DNA of 64,000 bases from a virus, in IMG/VR virus record IMGVR_UViG_3300033153_010718, positions 1 through 64,000 of that record, one strand, 5' to 3'. Positions 11,416 through 20,290 of this stretch are shown here, one piece after another. The notes under the pieces are model-generated. The model ran no database searches. It was not told where the DNA came from and was given only the letters and a program-made list of their open reading frames with translations. A program made the translations under genes and the position numbers. How positions within the stretch are numbered: position 1 is the first letter of the stretch; each line of letters begins with the position of its first letter.

Positions 11416-11775
11416 CTACTCCCATACGATCTGTGCCGGCACCTTGTGACGACCTTTTGTTTTGCCCTTCATGCTCGTAATGTTGGCGCTTCCCGGATCG
11501 TAGGTCGATGCCTTCGTGTAGCCCTTCTCCAAGTGCAGGTGCTTGAGCCCGGTAATCTTGCCGATCTCCGCAGCCTTGCTTCGCAGAAGCGCTTGCACCT
11601 GACGCAAGGTCCCGTCGCTGTCGTACTGCGACATAAACTCGTCCATACCGATGGGCACCCGCGCCGGTAGCCCCATTTTCTTTCGACGCGTCAGCAGCCA
11701 CTTGATATGGCCGGCAACTGCTTGAATAGTTGGCCCGGCCTTGGCCTCGCCCAACACGCGCTCGTACAGACTCAT
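11416..11775 (-). CDS. small protein with N-terminal MSLYERVLGE motif (candidate internal head protein)
   Basis: same N-terminal motif; in head operon. Confidence 0.7.
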   Translation of the reverse strand: MSLYERVLGEAKAGPTIQAVAGHIKWLLTRRKKMGLPARVPIGMDEFMSQYDSDGTLRQVQALLRSKAAEIGKITGLKHLHLEKGYTKASTYDPGSANITSMKGKTKGRHKVPAQIVWE

Positions 11776-12116
11776 GCCTGTCCTCCGATAGCAGTGTGCA
11801 GCCGATCGCGGAACGTGTTCAGCGACCTGTAGAGGTAGGGCCAGAGAACTGCAAGCCGCGCGTTCAGATCCGCGTCGCTGATGTTCGCGTCAGCGCTGGC
11901 CTGCTTCCGAAGCGCGGCCACGAAATCCTCGGCCACCTTCTGCGCGAAGCGCAGATCGCCGGCGAGCACCGGGGACAGGTCGAAGTCGATGGCCGTCTCG
12001 CGCACGAGGTCGTCCACCAGCTCGGCCGCGATCGTGGCGGGGGGCGGTGGCCCGGACGCCTTGCGGCGGATGTAGACCTGCCGTTTGCGGACTTCTGGGC
12101 GTTTCGCGAGCGTCAT
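11772..12116 (-). CDS. hypothetical protein
   Basis: GGGAG RBS; ATGA overlap with next gene. Confidence 0.65.
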   Translation of the reverse strand: MTLAKRPEVRKRQVYIRRKASGPPPPATIAAELVDDLVRETAIDFDLSPVLAGDLRFAQKVAEDFVAALRKQASADANISDADLNARLAVLWPYLYRSLNTFRDRLHTAIGGQA

Positions 12117-12134
12117 CGTCGTCTCCCAACAGGC

Positions 12135-12527
12135 TCACCTCGCAGGATAAGGTTTCGCCAGCCCCTCTTCCAGCAGCAGATCGTTGACAGTCTTCGTGCG
12201 ATCCGCCGGATCGTGGTAGACCTGCGCAATCCAGCGCGCGAAGCTCCCGGTCTTGTACGTACGGATCACGACTTCGCGCCCTTCGAGCAGCTCGGCAACG
12301 CGCTCCTTGGCCTTGTGCGCCAGCAGGCGTTCCGCTTCGCGCTCCTCTGGCGTTCCGCGGCGCGGTCGCAGTTCCGGCGCATCGACGCCGGCAAGTCGTA
12401 GCCGTTCGACGCGGTACGAGCCGAAGCCGAGATCGCACACAGCTTCCACAGTGTCGCCGTCGATTACGCGCGTGATCTTCGCCCGGTAGAACCAGAGCCG
12501 CTTGTCGTTGACCCCGAACTCGATCAC
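12135..12527 (-). CDS. thermonuclease (SNase-like) family nuclease
   Basis: RVIDGDTV, RLRLAGVDAPE, K.GSFARWIA, VNDLLLEEGLA; GTG start inferred. Confidence 0.88.
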   Translation of the reverse strand: MIEFGVNDKRLWFYRAKITRVIDGDTVEAVCDLGFGSYRVERLRLAGVDAPELRPRRGTPEEREAERLLAHKAKERVAELLEGREVVIRTYKTGSFARWIAQVYHDPADRTKTVNDLLLEEGLAKPYPAR

Positions 12528-12626
12528 GTAGCGCCCTCTCTGTGCTGGTCCCACGAGGCGCCATCCTACGGACTTTGCGCGACAGCCGCGAGCGCAACCC
12601 GATCTGAGAACAATCTGATTTTGGGG

Positions 12627-12658
12627 TGTAGAACTTCCGGCCAGCGTTGTTGGCGGGG
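12627..12658 (+). repeat. 32-bp upstream element, copy 1
   Basis: TGTAGAACTTCCGGCCAGCGTTGTTGGCGGGG; 30/32 identical to 13077-13108; precedes AAGGAGG RBS. Confidence 0.85.
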
Positions 12659-12677
12659 TTGGACAAGGAGGTCCCAG

Positions 12678-12953
12678 ATGAACGCAGTAGACCTGAACGA
12701 GATCGTCACCGAACGCCTGACCGAAGATGGCGTGCAGCCCATCACGATGGGCGCCGTCGCCTGCGGGCAGATCCGCGCCCAGATTCGCGCCGTGCTCAAG
12801 GTCGCGGACGCGGAGGGCTACGCCGCCTACCGCGCCCTCAAGTACCCGGCCGGCGAGGGCTCGGCCACGCCCGAGAGCCGCCTCGCCGCAACGCGCTTCC
12901 TCTTCGACCGGGCGCGCGACCTGCTGACCCCGCACTACGTGTCGTCGGAGTAG
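12678..12953 (+). CDS. hypothetical protein (91 aa)
   Basis: AAGGAGG RBS; followed by a hairpin. Confidence 0.75.
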   Translation: MNAVDLNEIVTERLTEDGVQPITMGAVACGQIRAQIRAVLKVADAEGYAAYRALKYPAGEGSATPESRLAATRFLFDRARDLLTPHYVSSE

Positions 12954-12982
12954 CCCGCGCCTGAGACCTCAACCCCGCCAAC

Positions 12983-13015
12983 CGCCAGTCGGCCCCTCCT
13001 GGGGCCGGCTAGGCG
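12983..13015 (+). terminator. GC-rich hairpin, putative terminator
   Basis: AGTCGGCCCC-TCCT-GGGGCCGGCT followed by a short T run. Confidence 0.6.
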
Positions 13016-13063
13016 CGTTTGTAAGTCATTGCAAGATAGGAAATAACGACAATCCAAAATGCT

Positions 13064-13072
13064 GGGTAGAAC
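13064..13072 (+). promoter_or_regulatory. GGGTAGAAC putative extended -10 element
   Basis: recurrent motif; upstream of gene 13127. Confidence 0.65.
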
Positions 13073-13076
13073 AACC

Positions 13077-13108
13077 TGTAGAACTTCTGGCCAGCGTTGT
13101 TAGCGGGG
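13077..13108 (+). repeat. 32-bp upstream element, copy 2
   Basis: TGTAGAACTTCTGGCCAGCGTTGTTAGCGGGG; precedes AAGGAG RBS. Confidence 0.85.
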
Positions 13109-13126
13109 GTAGGAAGGAGAAACCAC

Positions 13127-14158
13127 ATGGCACTAAGCAAGAAGACGATCAACAAGCACAATATCAAGAGGGCAGAGGTGTTCGCGGAGCACGGGCTCGG
13201 CAACCACGACGTCCGCTACGCCCACCCGGCGTTCCTGGGATTCGGCGACGGCAGCGACCACAACTGCTGCCTCTGCGACCACAAGCACATCAAGTGGCTG
13301 TTCGCGATCCGCTTCGACGCCCCCGACCTGACGGTTGCGCTGGGCAAGGTCGCAACCGGCCTGGTCCGCACCGATGAGGTTACCCTGAGCGCGATCGGTT
13401 CCAAGTGCATCACCGACTGGCTCGACGCGGTCCCCGACTCGGTCGAGAAGCTCGAAGCGCTGAAGCGCTGGTCCGTCGAGATGGACAAGTGCAAGGAGGC
13501 CATGAAGGTCAAGGTCTGCGAGGATCTCTGCGCCGAGCTGGCCGAGGAGCGCGGCTGGGCGGTCCCCGAGGATTCCACGGCTCGCAAGGTCGTCCACACG
13601 GTCGGGTTCAAGAGCACCGGCTACCTCGCCCGCATGGCGATCCCCTGGAAGGAGCGCAAGCGCTTCAACAAGACCGCGGCCAAGGTGCTCTACGGAACCT
13701 GCGTGCGCAAGACCGCGCAGACCTGGATCAAGAACCTGGAGCTGGTGCTCGCCGAGCAGGCCAAGGTGGACGCCAAGAAGGCCGCCGAGGCGCCGGCGGC
13801 AACCGCGGCCCCGGTCAGCGATCTGCCCGAGGATCTGCTCAACATGAAGGACCCCGAGGAGGCCAAGCTGATCCTGCTCGGTCGCCAGGCGTGGATCGCA
13901 TGGGACCAGAGCGCGGACCCCGACCGGCTCAACGAGTGGGAGCGGACGACGTTCGCGGACATCGGCCAGAAGGTCGTCAAGTACCGCTCGTTCTGCCCCT
14001 CCCCCAGCAAGCAGAAGGGGCTCTACGAGAAGCTCCTGACCAAGCTCCTGGGCGAGCTGGAGGTCGCGCCCTGGTCCGCGGAGCCCGTCGCCGCCGGCGC
14101 GCTCCCCGGCGCCTTCACCTACCTGAGCTTGAGCGAGATCGCGGGGGCGCGCTACTAA
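13127..14158 (+). CDS. hypothetical protein with a Cys/His cluster (CCLCDHKH)
   Basis: strong RBS; TAATG overlap with next gene. Confidence 0.8.
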   Translation: MALSKKTINKHNIKRAEVFAEHGLGNHDVRYAHPAFLGFGDGSDHNCCLCDHKHIKWLFAIRFDAPDLTVALGKVATGLVRTDEVTLSAIGSKCITDWLDAVPDSVEKLEALKRWSVEMDKCKEAMKVKVCEDLCAELAEERGWAVPEDSTARKVVHTVGFKSTGYLARMAIPWKERKRFNKTAAKVLYGTCVRKTAQTWIKNLELVLAEQAKVDAKKAAEAPAATAAPVSDLPEDLLNMKDPEEAKLILLGRQAWIAWDQSADPDRLNEWERTTFADIGQKVVKYRSFCPSPSKQKGLYEKLLTKLLGELEVAPWSAEPVAAGALPGAFTYLSLSEIAGARY

Positions 14159-14544
14159 TGGCCAGCACACAGGACCGGGTGATCGCCTACTGCAAGACGA
14201 TCTCCCCAGAGACGCGGCCGAGCGAGCTGCTCGCGTTCTGTGGCGAGGTCGAGTCTGATCCGCTCCTCATGCCGCTGCCGATCATCTTCTTCGCCGCGCG
14301 CGGCGGCAACGTGTCGCAGCTCGTGGACACCGCGCACGCGGAGCGGAACGACGACGCTGTCGCGCCGTTTCTGACCACCTTGACGCGCTGCATTCAGTGC
14401 CGCACTCGCGGCCGAGACTACGTGCGAGCGGCCTACGAGCTGGCGCTCGACCTGGCCGGCGAATGGGACGACGAGGCCGTTGCCGTTGCCGCCCGACAGG
14501 CCCTGGCGCGCGAAGGAGCGGCAGAATGGGAAAAGCACAGCTGA
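14158..14544 (+). CDS. hypothetical protein
   Basis: TAATG translational coupling. Confidence 0.7.
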   Translation: MASTQDRVIAYCKTISPETRPSELLAFCGEVESDPLLMPLPIIFFAARGGNVSQLVDTAHAERNDDAVAPFLTTLTRCIQCRTRGRDYVRAAYELALDLAGEWDDEAVAVAARQALAREGAAEWEKHS

Positions 14545-15233
14545 CCGACTCGCCCAAAGTCACGTTGACCAAGATCAGAAAGGCCCGCGAGTGGGTCGCC
14601 TACTACCACCAGTGGCGCAACGAGCCGGACTGCCGAAAGAAGCTCAACCGCTGGCGCCGGCAGCTGAAGAAGGTGCTGGCGGCGGCGGCCGAGCAGAAGC
14701 TGGAAGTTCCGCCTGATCCTTACGCGCCGCCTCCTCCTCCTCCCACCGAGGAGGAACTGCGCGAGGCCGCCGTCGAAGAGGCGAGAGGCCGCGTGCTCTA
14801 CGATCTGCGCATCGACGTGGACCAGCCCTACTGGTACCCGTGGGGCAAGACCGGATGGTCCGCTGTCGTGGTTACCGAGTTGGGCCGGATCTGGTGCAGC
14901 GCGTCGCGCGTGAAGCCGCGCACGGGTGAGATCGTCAGCAAGAACGGACGCGTGCGCCGGGACCGACTGGTGCGCCGCGATCCTGCGCTGCGCGGCAAGG
15001 ACCGGCCGGCGGGAACGCCACCGGAGATCGTGCCCGCGCCGGCCGCGCCAGCTGAGACCGAAGCTGCGGCACAGGTCAGCGCTGGTCCGGTACTGGAACC
15101 AACCCAAGTACCTGTTCCGGCTCAGAACCCGGAGCCCGGGGTAGAACGCACACCAGAAGAGGAGGCCGCCCACCAGAAGCGGATCGCCGACATCTTCGGA
15201 ACGAGCGACAGCTCGGACATCGACGACTGGTAG
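14526..15233 (+). CDS. hypothetical protein
   Basis: AAGGAG RBS; operon packing. Confidence 0.7.
   Translation: MGKAQLTDSPKVTLTKIRKAREWVAYYHQWRNEPDCRKKLNRWRRQLKKVLAAAAEQKLEVPPDPYAPPPPPPTEEELREAAVEEARGRVLYDLRIDVDQPYWYPWGKTGWSAVVVTELGRIWCSASRVKPRTGEIVSKNGRVRRDRLVRRDPALRGKDRPAGTPPEIVPAPAAPAETEAAAQVSAGPVLEPTQVPVPAQNPEPGVERTPEEEAAHQKRIADIFGTSDSSDIDDW
15139..15147 (+). promoter_or_regulatory. GGGTAGAAC element
   Basis: recurrent motif, ~95 nt before gene 15241. Confidence 0.4.
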
Positions 15234-15240
15234 CACCGGC

Positions 15241-16089
15241 ATGAGCGAGCGCGAGATCAGAAAGCCGACAACCTACACGCACGTCCGCGGCGGCGGGCGC
15301 AGCATGCAGTACTACGCGCTGCGCACGCGCTGGGAATGGACGATGTCCGGGAAGACGCGCTGCTGGACCACACTCATGAAGGAGACGTGGGGCAACGACC
15401 TCGACGCGATCACGCTGCTCGGGATCGCCCCCAAGCCGGTCAGCCGCGACTGGCAGCGCTTCGACGAGATGCGGGAGCTGGTAGATCTGGGCCGCCACCG
15501 CGGGACCGCCGAGGCGCTGTTCGAGCAGCTGAAGAACGGCACGGAGCGCGAGCACGAGCTGCGGCGGACCGCCGGGCGTCGCGCTTTCGAGGAGGTGCCC
15601 AGGCAGATGGCGGACCTGATCGCCGATGCCGTTCAGCGCGCCCTGCAGCTCGCCGAACGATTGCAAGAGTACGGCGTTCGCTACGCGCTTCGCTCCGACT
15701 GCGACGACGCGGTAGAGGCCGACTACCACGCCGAATGGGCAAAGGCCATCGCCGAGAAGTTCGGGGCTGCCAAGGTGCTGATCTCAAAGGACGCCAACGA
15801 GGCCACGACCACCGCCAAAAGGATCGTGGCCGAGCACCTGGGGAGCGTCGATGAGCAGCTGGTCACGGGCGCGTCGCCGGGGCGGGGCTACAACCCGATC
15901 ACCAGCGCGGTTTTCGGCATGCACACCGGCTCGCTCGTCAAATGGCGCAAGCGGCTGGTCGAAGTCATGACGGCCATTGAAGAGACCGAGCGGGCGCGCG
16001 TCACGATCCGCGAGCGCGAGAACCTGGTCGGCGTAGCCCCCCACGGCTTCGACGCCGGATGGGTCTCAGGAACCGCAGGAGCCCCGTGA
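15241..16089 (+). CDS. hypothetical protein
   Basis: 282-aa ORF in the operon. Confidence 0.75.
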   Translation: MSEREIRKPTTYTHVRGGGRSMQYYALRTRWEWTMSGKTRCWTTLMKETWGNDLDAITLLGIAPKPVSRDWQRFDEMRELVDLGRHRGTAEALFEQLKNGTEREHELRRTAGRRAFEEVPRQMADLIADAVQRALQLAERLQEYGVRYALRSDCDDAVEADYHAEWAKAIAEKFGAAKVLISKDANEATTTAKRIVAEHLGSVDEQLVTGASPGRGYNPITSAVFGMHTGSLVKWRKRLVEVMTAIEETERARVTIRERENLVGVAPHGFDAGWVSGTAGAP

Positions 16090-16376
16090 CGGACACACCG
16101 ACGACCGACAGGGCTCTCGGCCCGCATTACTACGGCCACGGCGACGCAGCGACGCTGCGCCGCGTCGCGGCGCGCGGCGACTGGCTGTCCGTAAGTCATG
16201 GGCGGGGGCGGTTGATCAGGCACATCAACGCCGACGGTCGCCACTTCGTCATGCGCCGGGGGGCGCGAGCGGCGTTCGCCATCTGCGCAGCCTGCGGCAC
16301 GTTCGCCGAGATCAGCTACGTCGCGGGCAACCGCCCGTTCTGCTCTGCCAGCTGCACGAGGAGACGCGATGACTGA
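16086..16376 (+). CDS. hypothetical protein with C-terminal Cys cluster
   Basis: GTGA overlap; CAACG...FCSASC. Confidence 0.65.
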   Translation: MTDTPTTDRALGPHYYGHGDAATLRRVAARGDWLSVSHGRGRLIRHINADGRHFVMRRGARAAFAICAACGTFAEISYVAGNRPFCSASCTRRRDD

Positions 16377-17037
16377 ACGCCACGACGTCAGGGCACCGAG
16401 GCGAGATGTTGTGGACCCCCGGCCCAAGGGCACCGTCCGCGTGCGCCTGATCGTCGAGGAGTGGCACGGCGAGAGCTGGGACCGCGAGCCCGACTACAAC
16501 ACCACGCTCGCCACCTTCTCGCCGGACCTCGTCGGGCCCAATGGCGAGGGTCTGCACCTGGTGGGCTCCCCGCTCCAGGTCTACCTCGGCGCCGTCAAGA
16601 ACGCCGTGAAAGGCATCAACATCGAGCTGGCGACCGCCGACCACTGGAGGTGCTGCGGCACGTGGCACGCCGACGCCTTGAGCCACTGCCCGCACTGCTT
16701 CCGGTCGCGGCACGTCTGCGGCACCTGCGGCATAGCCGTCGTTGGCGAGGGCTGGTGTGTGAAGCACCACCCAAACACGAAGCCGGAGTACGCGGCAGTC
16801 TGGGAGAAGATCCGAGCGCAGCTCGACATTGCCGTCAAGCACGCGGCGACGCCGCTCGGGGAGCTGCGGGAATTCAGGGAACTCCTCGCGCACAACGAGC
16901 TGGAACTCGCCTGGGACGCTCTCTTCGAGGCGGCGCCGAACCCGCCCGGCGGCTTCTTCTGGAAACCAATGGCGCGCGCCGCAGAGCTGATGCAACTCCC
17001 CGAGAAGGCCGCGGCTGCCGAAGCGCGATCCAAGTGA
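16369..17037 (+). CDS. hypothetical protein with Cys-rich middle and helical C-terminal domain
   Basis: CCGT, CPHC, CGTC, C.KHH; C-terminal HNELELAWDAL...FWKPMARAAELMQL. Confidence 0.7.
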   Translation: MTERHDVRAPRRDVVDPRPKGTVRVRLIVEEWHGESWDREPDYNTTLATFSPDLVGPNGEGLHLVGSPLQVYLGAVKNAVKGINIELATADHWRCCGTWHADALSHCPHCFRSRHVCGTCGIAVVGEGWCVKHHPNTKPEYAAVWEKIRAQLDIAVKHAATPLGELREFRELLAHNELELAWDALFEAAPNPPGGFFWKPMARAAELMQLPEKAAAAEARSK

Positions 17038-17399
17038 ACCTGCCGGAGATCAAGCGCAACAAGAGGACCGGCAAGTTCCGGCTGAAGACCCCCGGCGACT
17101 ACATCGTGATGCACGGCGATCACGGTACGCGGACGGCCACGTGGGATGGCAGCACGTGGATCGACGGCGGCGGCGGCGGCCAACCGATCCAGTGGCGGGA
17201 GAAGGAACTCTACGAGGTCAATGGCCCGATCCCGGGCACCGAGTTCGAGCGCGAGCCGACCCAGGCGGACCGGGAGAAGCTGGCGCGCGACACGGCCTGG
17301 GCCTACACCAAGAAGCGCGGCGACATCGTCCGCACGCGCATCGCGTTCGATGGTGGCTGGGCGGCAGCGCTCAAGTGGGATGAGGACGGTAGACCATGA
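17034..17399 (+). CDS. hypothetical protein
   Basis: GTGA overlap. Confidence 0.7.
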   Translation: MNLPEIKRNKRTGKFRLKTPGDYIVMHGDHGTRTATWDGSTWIDGGGGGQPIQWREKELYEVNGPIPGTEFEREPTQADREKLARDTAWAYTKKRGDIVRTRIAFDGGWAAALKWDEDGRP

Positions 17400-17725
17400 G
17401 CGAAGGCGGAATGCTTCTCCCCCCAAAGCCTGGCGTCTGCCAGGAGTGCGCCGTCGATCATCCCCCCGAGGATCCCCACAACAACCAGTCGCTCTACTTC
17501 CAGTACAAGTTCCGCGGCGATCACGGGCGCTGGCCGACGTGGAAAGACGCCATCGCCCACTGCACGCCCGAGGTGCGGGAGTTCTGGGAAGAGGAGCTGC
17601 GCGCGGCCGGCGCGTGGGATGGCTGGGAAGGCGACACGCCGCCGGCTCCCGATGTCTTCCCGACGCCGGGCTACGTGGGGACAGTTGAGATCATCAAGGA
17701 CCCGGAGGAGGAGGAGCAGCCGTGA
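17396..17725 (+). CDS. hypothetical protein, possible Zn-binding (CQEC...H...H)
   Basis: ATGA overlap; GAGG RBS. Confidence 0.7.
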   Translation: MSEGGMLLPPKPGVCQECAVDHPPEDPHNNQSLYFQYKFRGDHGRWPTWKDAIAHCTPEVREFWEEELRAAGAWDGWEGDTPPAPDVFPTPGYVGTVEIIKDPEEEEQP

Positions 17726-18012
17726 TCACGATCAGCATCGAGTGCGGTGAGACCGAGTACAGCACCGGCAGCCTGCCGCAGCTCCCGGGCCACTTTCCGG
17801 CCCCGCCTCTCAGCGAAGAGGACAGCCAAAGCCTCACGGATCTGTGCATAGCCATGCTCACCGCGGCTCGCGGCGAGATCATCGGCCTGAAGGACGGTGA
17901 CGAGGTCACGGCGGTGCTGCGCGACGCCGATTACACTCACCGAAGGCGATTCGTCGTGAACGGCGAAACCTACGTGCTGGTGGCCGCCGCCGCCGGCCGC
18001 GGCCGGCCATGA
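17722..18012 (+). CDS. hypothetical protein
   Basis: GTGA overlap; GGAGG RBS. Confidence 0.7.
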   Translation: MITISIECGETEYSTGSLPQLPGHFPAPPLSEEDSQSLTDLCIAMLTAARGEIIGLKDGDEVTAVLRDADYTHRRRFVVNGETYVLVAAAAGRGRP

Positions 18013-18620
18013 CAGCAGAAGACGAGGCCGCGGGCGAGGCCGGTCCGTGCGCGCGGTGCCGCGACTACGAGCGCGAGCCGGGGGACTACGTCGAGGACGC
18101 TATCGAAGCGGAGGGCAAGGTCGCCGAGCTGACCAAGGAACTCGCCGAGCGCGATGCCTCCTTCGAGCTGCGGTGGAGCGCCGACATGCGGGCCATCGCG
18201 CGCTGGCGCGAAGAGTCGCCGGTCGAGCGCGACCTGTTCTGGCCCGATCACGCCGACATGGTCGTCTGGCTCCTCGGCCAGCTGACGGCCAAGGACGAGT
18301 TGATCAAGGCAGCGCTGGCTTACGCCATATGTCTGCGGAAACGCTTGCACGAGACCGGCGCCTACAAGCAGGCGTCAGCGGAGTGCCTCTACTGCGGCCA
18401 CGAGCACCAGGAGACCATCGACAAGCTGCGCGCGGACGTCGCGATGCAGGACCAGGTGCGCGAGGTCAGGGAAGCCGAAGAAGCCGAGGAGACCGACGAG
18501 GCCAAAGCCGCGGCGATAAGAGCCGCCTTCGAGGCTTGGGCGGGGACCGAGCCAAGCGAGTGGACCATGTACGGCAAGACCTTCGAGGCGGGCTGGGAAG
18601 CTGCGCGCAAGAAAGGCTGA
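18009..18620 (+). CDS. hypothetical coiled-coil protein
   Basis: ATGA overlap. Confidence 0.7.
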   Translation: MTAEDEAAGEAGPCARCRDYEREPGDYVEDAIEAEGKVAELTKELAERDASFELRWSADMRAIARWREESPVERDLFWPDHADMVVWLLGQLTAKDELIKAALAYAICLRKRLHETGAYKQASAECLYCGHEHQETIDKLRADVAMQDQVREVREAEEAEETDEAKAAAIRAAFEAWAGTEPSEWTMYGKTFEAGWEAARKKG

Positions 18621-18684
18621 GAATCTCCTTTCTCGCTCAAGGTCAGCACTGCCTTCTGCCGACAAGCAGGCCAGGAGGATGCAC

Positions 18685-18858
18685 ATGGCCGAGATTCGCT
18701 GGAACCTGGTCAACCATCTCCGCGAGCAGATCGCGCGCGGGACCTACGACAACGAGAAGAAGCTGAAGATCGCCGTCGATCGGATGCTCGGAAGGGAAGC
18801 GCCCCGTGCCCAAGATCACCGAGATGTTCGCGTTCGTGGCGGCCGACAAGGGGCCTGA
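18685..18858 (+). CDS. FlgM C-terminal-like small protein (57 aa; not in ORF track)
   Basis: AGGAGG RBS; MAEIRWNLVNHLREQIARGTYDNEKKLKIAVDRML matches the FlgM pattern R..V..(I/L)...I..GTY.....A. Confidence 0.6.
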   Translation: MAEIRWNLVNHLREQIARGTYDNEKKLKIAVDRMLGREAPRAQDHRDVRVRGGRQGA

Positions 18859-19039
18859 CGACGAGGGCGTCATGGCGATGATGCTCCCGGACGGGATGTG
18901 GGCGCCGATGGTCGGCGCGGACCTCGCGCGCGCGGTCTCGCTCAAGCCCATCGCGGAGCAGATCGCGAAGACGTCCGGGAAGCCCTACAGGTGCCTCCAC
19001 TTCAAGCTGGACGGCGAGCTACCGCTGACGGAGGGATGA
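18806..19039 (+). CDS. hypothetical protein
   Basis: last gene before the convergent tRNA array. Confidence 0.65.
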   Translation: MPKITEMFAFVAADKGPDDEGVMAMMLPDGMWAPMVGADLARAVSLKPIAEQIAKTSGKPYRCLHFKLDGELPLTEG

Positions 19040-19058
19040 TCAATTCGGTTGTTCTGGA

Positions 19059-19132
19059 TGGAGCCTGTGGGCTTTGCTCCCACCGCCTTCGGCTTGCAAC
19101 ACCGACGCTCTGCCTGAATGAGCTAAGGCCCC
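19059..19132 (-). tRNA. trnA: tRNA-Ala(UGC)
   Basis: cloverleaf; G3:U70; T-loop AGCAAAG. Confidence 0.88.
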
Positions 19133-19136
19133 ATGA

Positions 19137-19170
19137 TAGGTCCGCTCGGACTTGCACCGAGGTTGGCTTA
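19137..19170 (-). pseudogene. orphan tRNA 3' half (T arm plus acceptor strand)
   Basis: CTCGG-TGCAAGT-CCGAG-CGGACCT-A with no matching 5' half. Confidence 0.55.
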
Positions 19171-19241
19171 TAGACCCGCAGGGTAACGCGCCCTGTTCCC
19201 CAGGGTAAAAGCCTGGTGCATCACTTTAATGCTTCGGATCC
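19171..19241 (-). tRNA. trnK: tRNA-Lys(UUU)
   Basis: CCAGG-CTTTTAC-CCTGG; T-loop CGCGTTA. Confidence 0.85.
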
Positions 19242-19723
19242 TAGATCAATCCGTAAGCTCTGGCCCACTTGCGGATCGCGTTGTCTGTAACTCCATATTT
19301 CCGACCAAGCGCGCACCAGCTCGTCGTCTCAATCTCTGCGGCCAACTGCCCTACCGCCGGCCGCTCGACCTTGCGATTGGCGACCCCCGCGCACTGCACC
19401 GAGCAGTAGGTCTTGCTGAGGTGGCCGGAGATCGCAGACTCAAACGTGTCCCCGCAGCTTGGGCACGTGCGATCCTCGCGAAGAATCGGCCGGTTATGGT
19501 ACCGGTCGTGCTCCACCTTCGACATCAGCTTGAGGTTCTCTAGCGCGTTGTTGCTCCGGTCGTCGTCCCGGTGGTGCACCACCTCGTTCGAGCCGAGCAG
19601 TCTTCCCAGATGCTCCGACATCACTGCACGATGCACGTAAACGATCCCGGCGGCGTTCGCCATCGGGTGCTTGGGATCGTAGAAATATCTGTACCCGTTG
19701 ATGTTTCCTATACGCCCAGCCAT
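19241..19723 (-). CDS. HNH homing endonuclease with Zn-finger and HTH tail
   Basis: YVHRAVM...VVHHRDDDRSNNALENL; CPSC..YCSVQC; LGRKYGVTDNAIRKW. Confidence 0.88.
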   Translation of the reverse strand: MAGRIGNINGYRYFYDPKHPMANAAGIVYVHRAVMSEHLGRLLGSNEVVHHRDDDRSNNALENLKLMSKVEHDRYHNRPILREDRTCPSCGDTFESAISGHLSKTYCSVQCAGVANRKVERPAVGQLAAEIETTSWCALGRKYGVTDNAIRKWARAYGLI

Positions 19724-19758
19724 GGTCAGAGCATAAAAGGAGAGAGTTCGAGTTTCAA

Positions 19759-19824
19759 TACTCCCGCCCGGAGTCGCGCCGGGAAGGGCCGATTTAGAAG
19801 ACCAGCCTGCACTCTGCCGGGAGC
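19759..19824 (-). tRNA. trnR: tRNA-Arg(UCU), D arm strongly truncated (66 nt)
   Basis: acceptor GCTCCCG/CGGGAGT; loop CTTCTAA; only 12 nt between acceptor and anticodon stems. Confidence 0.65.
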
Positions 19825-19829
19825 GCGGA

Positions 19830-19902
19830 AGCGGGCGAAGGGATTCGCACCCTCGACATCCGATTTGGAAGAACGGCGCTCTGACTGCTGAGCTACGCCC
19901 GC
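19830..19902 (-). tRNA. trnG: tRNA-Gly(UCC)
   Basis: cloverleaf; loop CTTCCAA. Confidence 0.9.
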
Positions 19903-19906
19903 GAAA

Positions 19907-19977
19907 TATCCCGTAGGGGAATCGCACCCCTCGCTAGAACTTGAAAGGCTCTCGTCCTGCTACTAGACCGACGGGAC
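19907..19977 (-). tRNA. trnE: tRNA-Glu(UUC)
   Basis: cloverleaf; loop CTTTCAA. Confidence 0.88.
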
Positions 19978-19981
19978 AGGA

Positions 19982-20053
19982 TGGTCGTGAAGGGTTTCGC
20001 ACCCCTGGCCTTCTCGATGTCAACGAGATGCTCTACTCCTGAGCTACACGACC
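19982..20053 (-). tRNA. trnV: tRNA-Val(GAC)
   Basis: cloverleaf; loop TTGACAT. Confidence 0.9.
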
Positions 20054-20056
20054 GAA

Positions 20057-20146
20057 CGGAACGCCGAGGACTTGCACCCCACGCCTCTTGCGAGGACGCT
20101 CACCGCTTTCAAGGCGGGCCCCAGCACCTGACCGGGTTGACGTTCC
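20057..20146 (-). tRNA. trnS: tRNA-Ser(UGA)
   Basis: loop CTTGAAA; long variable arm; G73. Confidence 0.88.
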
Positions 20147-20149
20147 TGA

Positions 20150-20221
20150 TGGAGCAGGCGGGAATCGCACCCGCGGCCTCGTGCTTGCCGAGCACGCGCT
20201 CTCCTACTGAGCTACTGCCCC
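20150..20221 (-). tRNA. trnA: tRNA-Ala(GGC)
   Basis: loop TCGGCAA (C33); G3:U70. Confidence 0.88.
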
Positions 20222-20290
20222 GTAGCGCTCGGGGATCCTCCAACCAACGATCACCGCACGCAGCGAATGTCGTCGGCCAGCCGAGCATGA

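Noticed and set aside
12678-12710. N-terminal NAVDLNEIV as a tag copy
   Set aside because: Spacing differs by one residue and the key Leu register is broken.
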